Assembly: GCA_002269645.1 (NCBI GenBank)
Contig: NIVC01004667.1
Location: 1-38,580 of the forward strand
DNA length: 38,580 nt
Direction: 5' to 3'
Origin: Macrostomum lignano
Lineage: Eukaryota
Part shown: positions 1-10,085 of the stretch, in pieces
Numbering within the stretch: position 1 is the stretch's first letter
How the letters are laid out: each line of letters begins with the position of its first letter
Translations under genes and position numbers: made by a program
Notes under the pieces: generated by a model
The model's database searches: none
Seen by the model: only the letters and a program-made list of their open reading frames with translations
What the model was told of the DNA's origin: nothing

Positions 1-89
1 CTCGACAGTGAGCGACCCGCAGCGCCTGCAGCTGCTGGAGCTGGCCAAGACAGACTTCGAGAATCTGCACTTTCATCGACGAGGCCTCG

Positions 90-3000
90 ATGGAGTGCGG
101 CGAGTCGCTGGACTTGGACAGCATCGACGTGCTCGGATTGGTCCGCATGAACGTCAGCGGCACCCGGTTCGAGGTGCTGCGCTCGACTCTGCTGAAGCAG
201 CGGCACATCTACGATAAGCTTCTGCACGACGGCATCTACAGGGCAGCTCAGCAGGAGTACTACTTCGACAGGGACCCGGCCATCTTCAAGATCGTGCTGT
301 GGTACTGCCGCTACGGTGAGCGATGAGATGTTGACAGCTTCACAGTCTCGGGCTGTAAACTTATCCGAATAGCGTGGCAGATAAATAAGTTAAGCTTCTT
401 CAAGTCATTGCGACAGTTGTACCTATGAGACAAGTAGTTATTCATATTTTGCTGACCTTGGGGGAAGCATACATGTATACGAGCGTACGAAGAGAGTACA
501 GAGGTCCTGACCTTTGCATCTACTGGCATGTACACACCTCTGTGAGGTCTGGCCCGAGCCCTTGCATCGTGAATGGCAAGTTCGTAATATCGATCCTAAA
601 CCCAGGGGCAGGTGATACAGGTATACAGCACTTCAGGCATTATACAGTTGTCTAGACCAGTTGTTGGCCAGTTTTATCAGGTCAGGCGCTAACTATAAAA
701 ACCCAAAAAACCTATAAAAACCGATAAAAAAATAAAATCCAAACCTTCAAGGTGAACTGCACGTACCGCATCACTATTGCGGCCCGCTGCTGGAGCGCGA
801 GCTGGCCCTGTGGGGTGTCCAATCCGTGATCGAGATCCAGAACTGCTGCGTGAGCCACCTCATGGATACTAAAAGTCGTCTGGTCAGCTTGAAGAAGTTT
901 GAAAATTTCTTCAAAGAAGAGATGGAAAGCGAGCCGCTGCTGCTGCCTGAGGGGTGGAGTTTGACGATCCGCTGGACCTTGACCCGGCCAAGGCGCATGG
1001 TTCGTAAATAATGGAGTGATCCTTGGGACTTCCAGATGCTTGATATTCCTTGTTTAGTCTCTAAGTCTCTAGTATGGGACTCCCATATCTTGCTGAACTG
1101 ATTCTAGGAAGGGATCTTCTGTTGGATCGAATTGAAAACTAAAAGAGGCGGATAACCTTGGCCAGAGAATCGGGTGCATGAGTGCGAGCCAGAGGAGGGT
1201 AGAGAGGAGAGAGAAGAGAGAGGAGAGGAGAGAGGGGAATAGATGGGAGAGAAGGAAGAGAAGACGAGAGAAGAGGTAAGAGAGAAGATTGGAGAGAAGA
1301 GACACAAACCTTGAGCGGGCCGGATTGCTATTGTGAAGTTTCAAAGGACCCGAAGGCCAGATAGAGAGGCTTCGCGTGCCGCATGTGGCCCCCGGGCTGG
1401 GGTTTGCCGACACCTGAAGTAAAGTGACAATCTAACTCAAGCAAAATCGAATCGAGAATTTCAGTCTATCTTCCTTCCGAAGCAAGCGATAAAACAGCTT
1501 CCTATATAGGAAAATCCCACTAGATCTGTCGTAGTATTTCTGGACGAAAATAGCTTACGAGCTCGCATAATCCTTGTTTTCCAACGACACCAAATCTTGT
1601 CTCAAAAGCGCTTCACCAGTTTTGAAATCTTCTTTAATTCCAACTCGCCGCAGGATGGCGCCGGCGCGTGAAAGACGCCCTGGCCGCTCTGCGCCGTCGC
1701 TGCTGGAAGATTCTGGACCATCCGTCGTCCAGCTTCCCGGCGGCCGTGTACGCCGTCATCCTGAGCGTCACGGTGCTTTACACGGTGTTCAGCTTCGTGG
1801 CCAGCACCTCGGATCGATTTCAGCGGCCGATGTCGCCAGGCGAGATTGCATTCTACTCGGCCAAGCATCCGGCCTGGTACGGAAACCACACGAACGCCAA
1901 CCCGCAGATCAAGGTGGACTGGCTCACCTTCCCAGACTGGATTGCTTTCGGCGTGCTCACGTTCGACTTTTTCGTCCGCCTGCTCTTCTGCAAGAACAAG
2001 CTGGCCTACTTTAAAAACAATTACACTATCATCGACATGCTGTCTATTTTGCCATTCTACGTGAACGAGCTGCTGAAGTTCTTCTTTGGCATTATCGAGT
2101 TCTCGGACAGTAACGATTTCGGCCTGGCTGAGTACATCTCCTTCCTGAAGATCGCGCTGTTCATGCGGCTGCTTCGAATCGGCCGGCACTACAGAGGCCT
2201 GCAGGTGCTCATTTATACTCTGCGCACCTCATTCCGAGACCTCATGCTCATGGGAGTATTTGTTGCCCTGGGCACCCTGCTGTTCAGCACGTTGATCTTC
2301 TTCTGCGAGAAATCCCGCAACGAGCCGACCAGCGGAGGCGGCGGTGGCAAGGGAGGTGCCGTTGACTGTTCAAAGTGCCCGGGCGGTGGCGGCGGGGGCA
2401 ACGGAGGTGGCAGACAGGGCACCGACTCGCGTTTCACCTCCATGTTCGACGGCTTCTGGTGGTCGCTGGTTACCATGACAACAGTAGGCTACGGAGACCT
2501 GGTACCGCAGACCAACGCTGGTAAGTTGTTACGAAAATGCTGCTATGCTGGGAGTCAGACAAAGCCAGACGGTTGGGGTCTCTGGGCATGTTCCTGACCG
2601 ATTGGTTGGGTTCTCTGGGCATGTTCCTGACCGATTGGTGGGGGTGTCTGGGCATGTTCCGGACCGATTGGTTGGGGTGTCTGGGCATGTTCCTGACCGA
2701 TTGGTTGGGTTCTCTGGGCATGTTCCTGACCGATTGGTTGGGTTCTCTGGGCATGTTCCGGACCGATTGGTTGGGGTGTCTGAGCATGTTCCTGACCGAT
2801 TGGTTGGGTTCTCTGGGCATGTTCCTGACCGATTGGTTGGGGTGCCTGGGCCTTTTCCTGACCTATCGGTTTGGGACCCCTGGTCGGCAGCTTTCTCAAT
2901 ATCCAGCCCACTCCGCCCAAACGGCAGCATTTGACTGAAGTTTTCTTGAAGCTTTGATTTTCAGTCCCGATCATCGCCATCAGAGATTGGAGCATTGGAG

Positions 3001-5640
3001 AATGGAGAGCACCTGGAGCCAGAATAAATTGATTAATTTCCAAATGGCCGGCTTCACTCCCCCTCTTCGCATGGTATTCTTTTCCTTCTATCAAAATTTT
3101 ACAATCACTTCTACTGCAGTTGCTTTTGTTTCCTATATTTCCACGCGTGCAGCCCTGAAAGCACTGGCCCCTGCCCTACCATTGGGTTTCAAGATGCAGA
3201 TTCAGATGCAGTAACTTCAAGGGTTTGCTGCATTTTATGCCGGTTTTACTCTTTAAAAAAGAAGAATGTTTAGCCCAGCAACAGACAGGCTTTAAGGACG
3301 CTGCGCACTCAGCTTGCCATCGACATCAAAGTCAGAAGCAGTCTGTCAGTCAGTCAGTCAGTCAGAGTTGCCCAGTTTTTAATTCTGATTAAAGGGGCAA
3401 AATCTGGAGAAAATTACAACCGAAATTTAACGCACATTCGCTCACCCATTCCCCAGTTCCCCAGTTGCGCCCACTTGGATGCTTACAAGTAATACGGGCA
3501 ATTCTGCTTGTATTTGGTGCAGAAATCCAATGCACTTTTAATTTTATAGCGTAAAAAAGTCTAGTAGGAGATAAAAATAGATTCGAATGCAGTTCAAGGC
3601 CTGCAGTTCATCCCTGACTGCATGGCACCACGGTCGGTCCGTCACGCTTGGCCGAATGGTTTACGTTTCAAAATTTCGTGTCCGATTTGACAGACGACCA
3701 ATTTGCCGCTCGAATACTACATCGATCAACTGCGGACCATGGTAGCGACCCCCTTCAGCTCCCACTTGAAGCCAGAGTCTATAGTTAGGTTATGAAATTC
3801 GTCAACTGTTTCCACTCCAGGCACTAAAGTTTTCAGAGTCCTCCACGACCGCAATGGAAGGCTGTTTTCCACTCCAGTTACTTAGTCCTTCGGATTCCAT
3901 GACTGATGCAATGAAAAACGCTTAGCTACTTGTTGGCTGAATCAACAAGTCCGCTTATGGAACCAAGACTATCGTCGTCCTTTGTTCATCCAGCAGTTCA
4001 AATTCACGACTGCTACGAGTATCTACAGCTGATAGAAATTCGTTCATTTAGAACATTTTGGCGTCTAGCGCACGCCAGCTACATACACTGGCTCTTAGGA
4101 ATTAATGAATTAAGATAGGGGATTGCATAAATAATCTACTGTAGCCATTGGCCCGGCAAAAATAACCCAATATTCCTGAGGGATGGGGTGTAGTCCAGGA
4201 AGCAGTACCAACGATGAGCATCAGTTGCCTGACACTATTGATTGACTGGTATTGTAGTGGCTTAATCCAGGGAATAAAACAGAATTAATCCGAATCGGGA
4301 AGCGGACGGAGGAACCACGAGCTATATTGGGATGGGCAGAAAGGGAGATTCACTGGTCGCGGCAGGGAAAATTACGAAGCTAAAACATCTTTAAAAGCAG
4401 TAGCTATTGCGAAGATTATTGCTCTAATCCACCATTTTTTCGCTGCTTTGAAGGGGCAGACAAAAGGACAGTCTTCGAGTTTGTACTACACAGGATATAA
4501 AATCGAGTGGCGGAAAAATTCATTCTATGATTTCGTCAGTTTCGGGAGCTGCGCATTTCTTAAAGTTCTACTAGAAGTAGCAACCTTTGATCGTGTTAAG
4601 AATACTTTACTGAATATTGGGTACTGGAATTGGTGTACTGAATATTGTACAGGATCTTATGTACTGAATATATTACAAGATCTTGTGTACTGAATATTGC
4701 ACAGGATCTCGTGAACTAAGTATTGTACAGGATCTTATGTACTGAAATATATTACAGGATCTTGTGTACTGAATATTGCACAGGATCTAGTGAACTAAGT
4801 ATTGTACAGGATCTTATGTACTGAAATATATTACAGGATCTTGTGTACTGAATATTGCACAGGATCTCGTGAACTAAGTATTGTACAGGATCTTATGTAC
4901 TGAAATATATTACAGGATCTTGTGTACTGAATATTGTACAGGATCTTTTGTACTGAATATTGTACAGGATCTTGTGTACTGAATATTGTACAGGATCTTG
5001 TGTACTGAATATTGTACAGGATCTTGTGTACTGAATATTGTACAAGATCTTGTGTACTGAATATTGTACAGGTTCGTATACGATTTGTGCACCAACACGC
5101 GTACTTCTTCTTGCACAAAATGCTGTACAGAAACAAACAGGCTTTTTAACCAGTTAAATCTAACAGTCCACAGAGTACAAAATCATTGAACTCCACAATA
5201 AAGCTGCTCCCTCTGCACTCCTAAACGCAGGTCGCATCGTCGGATCCGCCTGCGCCCTGAGCGGCCTCCTGCTGATCGCCTTCACCGTGCCCATCCTGGT
5301 GAACCACTTCATGCTCTACTATTCGCACTCTCAAATTGTGCACGTGTCCAAGAGCTCCGTGCAGGAGTACGCCACCAAGGCGCTGCTGGCTAAGGTGAAC
5401 AGTTTTGCTGGCGGCAAAGTCAAGCAGATGCGCAAACTGGTGGTGGAGAGCGCCAGCCACGCCCAGCACTCGCAGAAGCTGGGCCGGGCCTACTGGAAGA
5501 AGCGGCTGCGGCTGCGGACCAAGGAGCAACGGCCCGGCTCCCGGCGCTGCTCCCGCCACTCGGAGCCGCTGTTGGAGCAGCCGCTGGTGCCCGGCGGGTG
5601 CAACGCCGGCGGCGGTAGCCCGCCGGCCACCGATCTTTGA
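90..5640 (+). CDS. Shaw: Voltage-gated K+ channel alpha subunit, Shaw/Kv3-like; 4 exons: 90(or upstream)-315, 752-999 (or 1003), 1654-2520, 5231-5640
   Basis: T1/BTB domain (VRMNVSGTRFEV...YYFDRDPAIF...YGELHVPHHYCGPLLERELALWG...NCC) with an HX5C..CC zinc-site pattern, which Shaker lacks. S1-S6 are present, with pore WWSLVTMTTVGYGD and a post-S6 FMLYYSH matching the Shaw/Kv3 FxxYYSH signature. Phase-1 joins at 315/752 and 2520/5231 rebuild YGELH and NAGRIVG. The exon 2 end needs either a +1 G at 951-954 or a weak donor at 1004. The N-terminus may extend upstream of 90. Confidence 0.9.
1199..1305. repeat. GA-rich low-complexity tract (Kv intron 2)
   Basis: Almost purely purine on the + strand (gagagaagag...). 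Confidence 0.8.
2570..2865. repeat. 33-bp minisatellite (CTGGGCATGTTCCTGACCGATTGGTTGGGTTCT)n, ~9 copies
   Basis: Tandem units read directly; starts ~50 nt after the donor at 2521. Confidence 0.95.
4607..5072. repeat. 26-bp minisatellite (TACTGAATATTGTACAGGATCTTGTG)n
   Basis: Tandem units, with higher-order variants in the 5' half. Confidence 0.95.
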
Positions 5641-5914
5641 ACTTGGAGAAACGATGAACTTGAACTGGCGCCAAAGCAGAGTTTCCGTAGTAAATCGTGA
5701 TGTCTAATTTGAAGGTTCTAAGTGATCTTTTATTACGCCGAAGCTCTGCTAAACAATTTGAAACAATGGTAGGACTATCTACTATAGCCGAATGTAATGT
5801 AATGTCCGAAATACGAGGGCAGGTTTCCAGCCATTGCTCAACAAAGCTACACACTAAACATTAAGCAAGTGCATTTTATATGCACTTTTCCCAGTACAGA
5901 TGCCATTGTCCGGA

Positions 5915-6203
5915 TACATACTTTCACCCAGACGCAATAGCTAGCTATTAACTTTGGCCATTATTGCACAGTTGCTCCCCAATGTACATTTACCCCATGT
6001 ACAAATTTCATCACGTGACTGCTTTTCCGCGGCATTATTTCTCACTAAGTTCACGCAAAAGCATGGATAAGGCGGCACGGATAGATAATAAACGTGGAAA
6101 AACCAGTCACGTAATGAAAAGTGTATATGGGGTGAATGTACATTAAGGAGCAACTGTTAAATAATCGCCAAAGCTAATTGCCATTGTGTCTGGATGAAGT
6201 GTA
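5915..6203. mobile_element. MITE-like element with ~110-bp imperfect terminal inverted repeats
   Basis: Left arm ctttcacccagac...acagttgctccccaatgtacatttaccccat...cacgtgactg pairs with right arm cagtcacgt...atggggtgaatgtacattaaggagcaactgt...gtctggatgaag. TA occurs at both ends and there is no ORF. Confidence 0.65.
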
Positions 6204-7411
6204 CTCGATGTAAAGTTAGACACGTCGCTCTGAGTTGAATACAGATTGCTCACCAAGGTTTCGGGAATACATTCCGACTGGTGACTGCAAAATAGAAATG
6301 GTTCTCCGAACGCTAATTGCTGTTAAACATTTAAGTTGAAATTTTAATATTTTTATTTTCTTATGATAAGCCCTAGACTAAAATACGTTTAAATAAATGG
6401 AGTTTGACTGCGTGTCATTTGCCGCATCGTTGGTTTTTGTCATCAAACGCATTCTGAAAAGTCAGCCAGCCTAATTGTGAAGTTCCTAACTGTTCTTAAC
6501 TTTCTAGTTTATTCTCAGCGCAACAAACTCTTACAATCTTTTTGGGTCAATTTTTGTTTTTAATTGACTTTTGCAGCTGCTTAGCACCCTCGCTGTCTGT
6601 CTGTCTGCTTGTTCTGCTTGTATTTTTCTGTCCATCAATTGCAGTGTCATAATAAACTACTCTTATCATTGTGAAATTCTCGCATCCCTTGATAAATTTT
6701 ATTTTTTGTTTAGTTCTGCAAAAGGCTAGATATTGATGTAAATCGTCTAAAATTACTCGAGAAATTCACTGCTCTCATACCTTTATGATCTGTTAAAGCA
6801 TTGAGTCATTTGAAATTAAGTAGTGTAATTTTAGAATCCCAACAAAATGCTCAAATTAATCCCATCTGCTACATCAGAGTTGTCATCTAAATGCATTATT
6901 TGTCCATTTTTTGAAGAGCAGTTCAATGCCCAGCTCCTGCGTCTGACATTCATCCATTTGCACTTTTGAGTCTGAATCAACCCGACCTTCCCCATACACC
7001 TTTATTTTGTTTTCGTTGTCCTAATTGACTGTTTAAAGGCGATAAAAGTGGCATTCGGTTTTTTCACGTCACATCAAGTCTCAGTTTTAAAATACACAGT
7101 TTTGTGGATTGTGAGAAAAATAGACAAATAATTAACAACTGAGAGCCTCCCATGCCGCTTTGCGCTCTTTCTGCCTTGCTTCCTCATGACTTTGCAACTG
7201 GGATAGCCCCCCCCCCCCAGTGATCTTCACTGGCTGCCCGCGTCTCTAGTGTACGAGTACACTGACCCCACACCCACCACCCAACACTCCGCTGCTGCAG
7301 AGGTACGCAGAGTCCATTAAATTTCAGACCTATACCTTGCTTCTCTTCATCATTATAATCATCATACTTCCCAGCATCGTCAGTCTCCAACAGCTGACAA
7401 TAAGCAGTCAG

Positions 7412-8733
7412 ATGCAGCTGGCAAATTTCATTGCAGCAGTGGCGGGCGCAGCGGCCGTTCTTGCTGTGCAACCAGCGACTGCCGATAATGAAATTTTCAT
7501 CCTGGACTCGAGTGACAGGCTCGCCCACGCCGACTCTCAGCACGTTAAGTAAGAGAGCTTCGACTACTAGTTGATTATGTGGTAGCTGTTTTGCGTGTGC
7601 GTGTGTAACCATCGCCCAGTTCGCCGAGTCGCCGTGGCGGAGGAATTCGGCGACCTCCACGCGCCGCCGCCAGAGATCGGCAACTTCAAGATCAGATGGA
7701 TTAACTGAGGAGCAGAACAGATGCGCGGCGGCCTCACAGGCCGAGCAAATGTCCTGGATCGAAGGGTCCAGACGGTGTCGGTAGCTGGCGAGAAGCATAG
7801 AATAACCGCTCCTCAGCTGAGCAAGCCGCGTGCACACACGTCTGGGGAGCTTGAATTCATTCGTTCTCACTGATGTCCGGTCAGACTCCAACCCCTTTGT
7901 TGGGTCGAAACACGCTTTTTGTGTTAAAACACGCTGCGGAGACAAGAGACTTCATAAACCTTCCTTAGCAACACCTCACCGCGACGTCGCAAAAGTGACC
8001 AATCGAACAAAGGTTCATGATGGAGCTGCAGTATCGCTTGGTTCCATAGTACGCTTGTACCAGAAAATCAGGACTCGATTTCCTAAGTAACGACCAGGGA
8101 AGCTCAGTACTCGGAAGTACCCACATCAGTTTGGGGCTTTTGCACGAAAATTAACCCCGAGGCTTGTCGTGCTTTTCACCACCTCCATGAAGGCCAACCC
8201 CTAAGGCCCAGAGTGTGTGCATGTGAGAAAGTTGTGCGTGTTCCGGTGTCAGTAAAAATGTGTAGCTGCTTGCCTCCTAGCGTGCTGTGAGTTGACTGTC
8301 GAACTGACCCATCAAACTAACCAACTAACGATTGTGAGAGCCAATCTCGACATTCGTCTGTGATGTATCTGCGAGCCTTTGTGATTGCTGTGGAACGGTG
8401 TCACGAAAGGCCTTGAGCCAGAGTATCCAACGCTCTGCCACTACACATATCATACATTACATGTAAGATAAACTCTGCCTTCAACACGCGCATCCCCGCA
8501 GGCGGCAGATGCAGCTGCAGTACCTGAACCTTAACTGTCAGTCGGATATCGAGTGCGGCAGCTACCTCTATTGCAACCAGAGGAGAAAGCGGTGCTGCGC
8601 CCCGCACGGTGTCAACTGCGTGAGCCACCTGGACTGCTGCCAGGCAGCCAGGCACACCTGTCGCCCGGTTGACGACGTCACGGTGAACCGGCTGTGCGTG
8701 CTGGGCAGGCACGTGGGTCGGAGGCATCCTTAG
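7412..8733 (+). CDS. Secreted cysteine-rich prepropeptide (122 aa; signal peptide, acidic pro-region, KR, 10-Cys mature domain); exons 7412-7548, 8502-8733
   Basis: The phase-2 join AA|gtaaga...ccgcag|G gives MQLANFIAAVAGAAAVLAVQPATA-DNEIFILDSSDRLAHADSQHVKR-QMQLQYLNLNCQSDIECGSYLYCNQRRKRCCAPHGVNCVSHLDCCQAARHTCRPVDDVTVNRLCVLGRHVGRRHP*. A possible 5'UTR intron runs 7303-7411, and AATAAA is at 8841. Confidence 0.8.
7620..7945 (-). mobile_element. 3' fragment of a non-LTR retrotransposon (LINE) ORF2, degenerate, inside the peptide gene intron
   Basis: The minus strand reads RLAQLRSGYSMLLASYRHRLDPSIQDICSACEAAAHLFC...DLWRRRVEVAEFL. This is typical of the post-RT C-terminal region with a C-x2-C..H..C knuckle. 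No RT core is visible. Confidence 0.7.
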
Positions 8734-8829
8734 GGCGAATGTCTACGATAGACTGACAAAATGATAAAATTAAATAGACAAAAGGAGACATCCGAAAAAA
8801 ATGGTCAGAGACTAATAGTCCATGGCTTA

Positions 8830-8846
8830 TTTATTAAACAAATAAA
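8830..8846. terminator. Back-to-back polyadenylation signals (AATAAA on - at 8830-8835; ATTAAA/AATAAA on + at 8833-8846)
   Basis: Motifs read directly, ~100 nt after the peptide stop and ~210 nt after the minus-strand ORF stop. Confidence 0.4.
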
Positions 8847-9044
8847 ATATTTACTTTTTCTGCCCATTCAATCGTCAACTAAAATGACGAGATTAACTTA
8901 TGACTGTGGACCGGGATAGTGTAACTAATAAAACAGAAGCAGATTGACCCACCCAGAGTCGATGCAGGGTTGAGACAACAAGACGCCGCGGCACCCGATG
9001 TGCAGAAGAAGTGCAGAGTCAATGTCACAGATGAGCTTTGCTGT

Positions 9045-10085
9045 CTAGCCCTCAAGGGTGGAGTTGAGTTCAAGCTCGACCGCATCGGAACTAGAAGCTT
9101 GAATACCGACTCTCGCCCAGAGCACGATCAAGGCGATCAGGAGTCCTGCCGTGACCGCCACTGCCGCCAACGTGGCCACTCTCACAGCCCCGCTGTCCTC
9201 GAGTAGGTGCTCGGCATGGTGCTCCATACAACAGTTGTTGATTGCGACAGAAATCTTCCTCCAGTGACAGCAGTGGCTGCGGCGTCGGCGACAGGCCTCA
9301 AGCGTTGGTCTGATTCGAAAGCAGACCTTGCTCTCAGGGGAAGCTGGCAGAGAGGTTGCAGATGTTAGCCGTGCTGGTGTTTCTGATGGTGGCGTTGGTG
9401 CCGCCTTACGCTGAGAAGCTGGCTCAGAAATCTCTGTCTTTTTTCGCTTTGCGTCCGCCATTGATGTCACTTCTGTACCAAAAGATATTGTCACTTCAGA
9501 TTGAGATACAACTTTAGTAGCCTGATGACGTGCCATCAAAGTAGGTTGAGGCAATATCGGTTTAGGTTGAGCTACAGTCGGTACAGGTTGAGACACTGTC
9601 GGTACAGGTTGAGACACTGTCGGTACAGGTTGAGACACTATCGGTACAGGTTGAGACACTATCGGTACAGGTTGAGACACTGTCGGTACAGGTTGAGACA
9701 CTGTCGGTACAGGTTGAGACACTGTCGGTACAGGTTGAGACACTGTCGGTACCGGTTGAGACACTGTCGGTACCGGTTGAGACACTGTCTGTACAGGTTG
9801 AGACACTGTCGGTACAGGTTGAGACACTATCGGTACAGGTTGAGACACTGTCGGTACAGGTTGAGACACTATCGGTACAGGTTGAGAATCAACAATTTTA
9901 TGCTTAGATTGTACCTGTGATGATTTATATTCCATGGTTTCAGGCTGAGGCACTGCTCCTACAGTCATGGATTCCTTTGAATTTAGTTGAACTATTGTTG
10001 CTACCGGAGTCTCTGGACGGTCATACAGAGGCTGGACGCTGGGCCGACGGAACAGCGACCGCCGAATATGAAGCACCTGCCTCAT
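9045..10085 (-). CDS. Possible S/T/P-rich single-pass membrane protein (3' part); candidate intron 9914-9522
   Basis: Open frame with an S/T/P-rich stalk, a Cys cluster and a hydrophobic stretch AVRVATLAAVAVTAGLLIALIVLW near the C-terminus. A phase-0 GT..AG pair removes the 21-bp array cleanly. The 5' end is unresolved and no family is recognised. Confidence 0.3.
   Translation of the reverse strand: MRQVLHIRRSLFRRPSVQPLYDRPETPVATIVQLNSKESMTVGAVPQPETMEYKSSQVQSKHKIVDSQPVPIVSQPVPTVSQPVPIVSQPVPTVSQPVQTVSQPVPTVSQPVPTVSQPVPTVSQPVPTVSQPVPTVSQPVPIVSQPVPIVSQPVPTVSQPVPTVSQPVPTVAQPKPILPQPTLMARHQATKVVSQSEVTISFGTEVTSMADAKRKKTEISEPASQRKAAPTPPSETPARLTSATSLPASPESKVCFRIRPTLEACRRRRSHCCHWRKISVAINNCCMEHHAEHLLEDSGAVRVATLAAVAVTAGLLIALIVLWARVGIQASSSDAVELELNSTLEG
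9577..9886. repeat. 21-bp minisatellite (CGGTACAGGTTGAGACACTGT)n, ~15 copies
   Basis: Tandem units read directly. Confidence 0.95.

Noticed and set aside
2570-2865. CRISPR-like appearance of the 26-50-bp repeats here and elsewhere
   Set aside because: Units are head-to-tail with no unique spacers, there are no cas genes, and the context is a eukaryotic intron.
3363-3506. 11-bp hAT-like inverted repeats (cagagttgccc / gggcaattctg)
   Set aside because: No target-site duplication; could arise by chance.
7184-7945. 253-aa minus-strand ORF as an intact gene
   Set aside because: Only its first ~100 aa look like LINE ORF2; the rest is the antisense of the peptide's signal exon.
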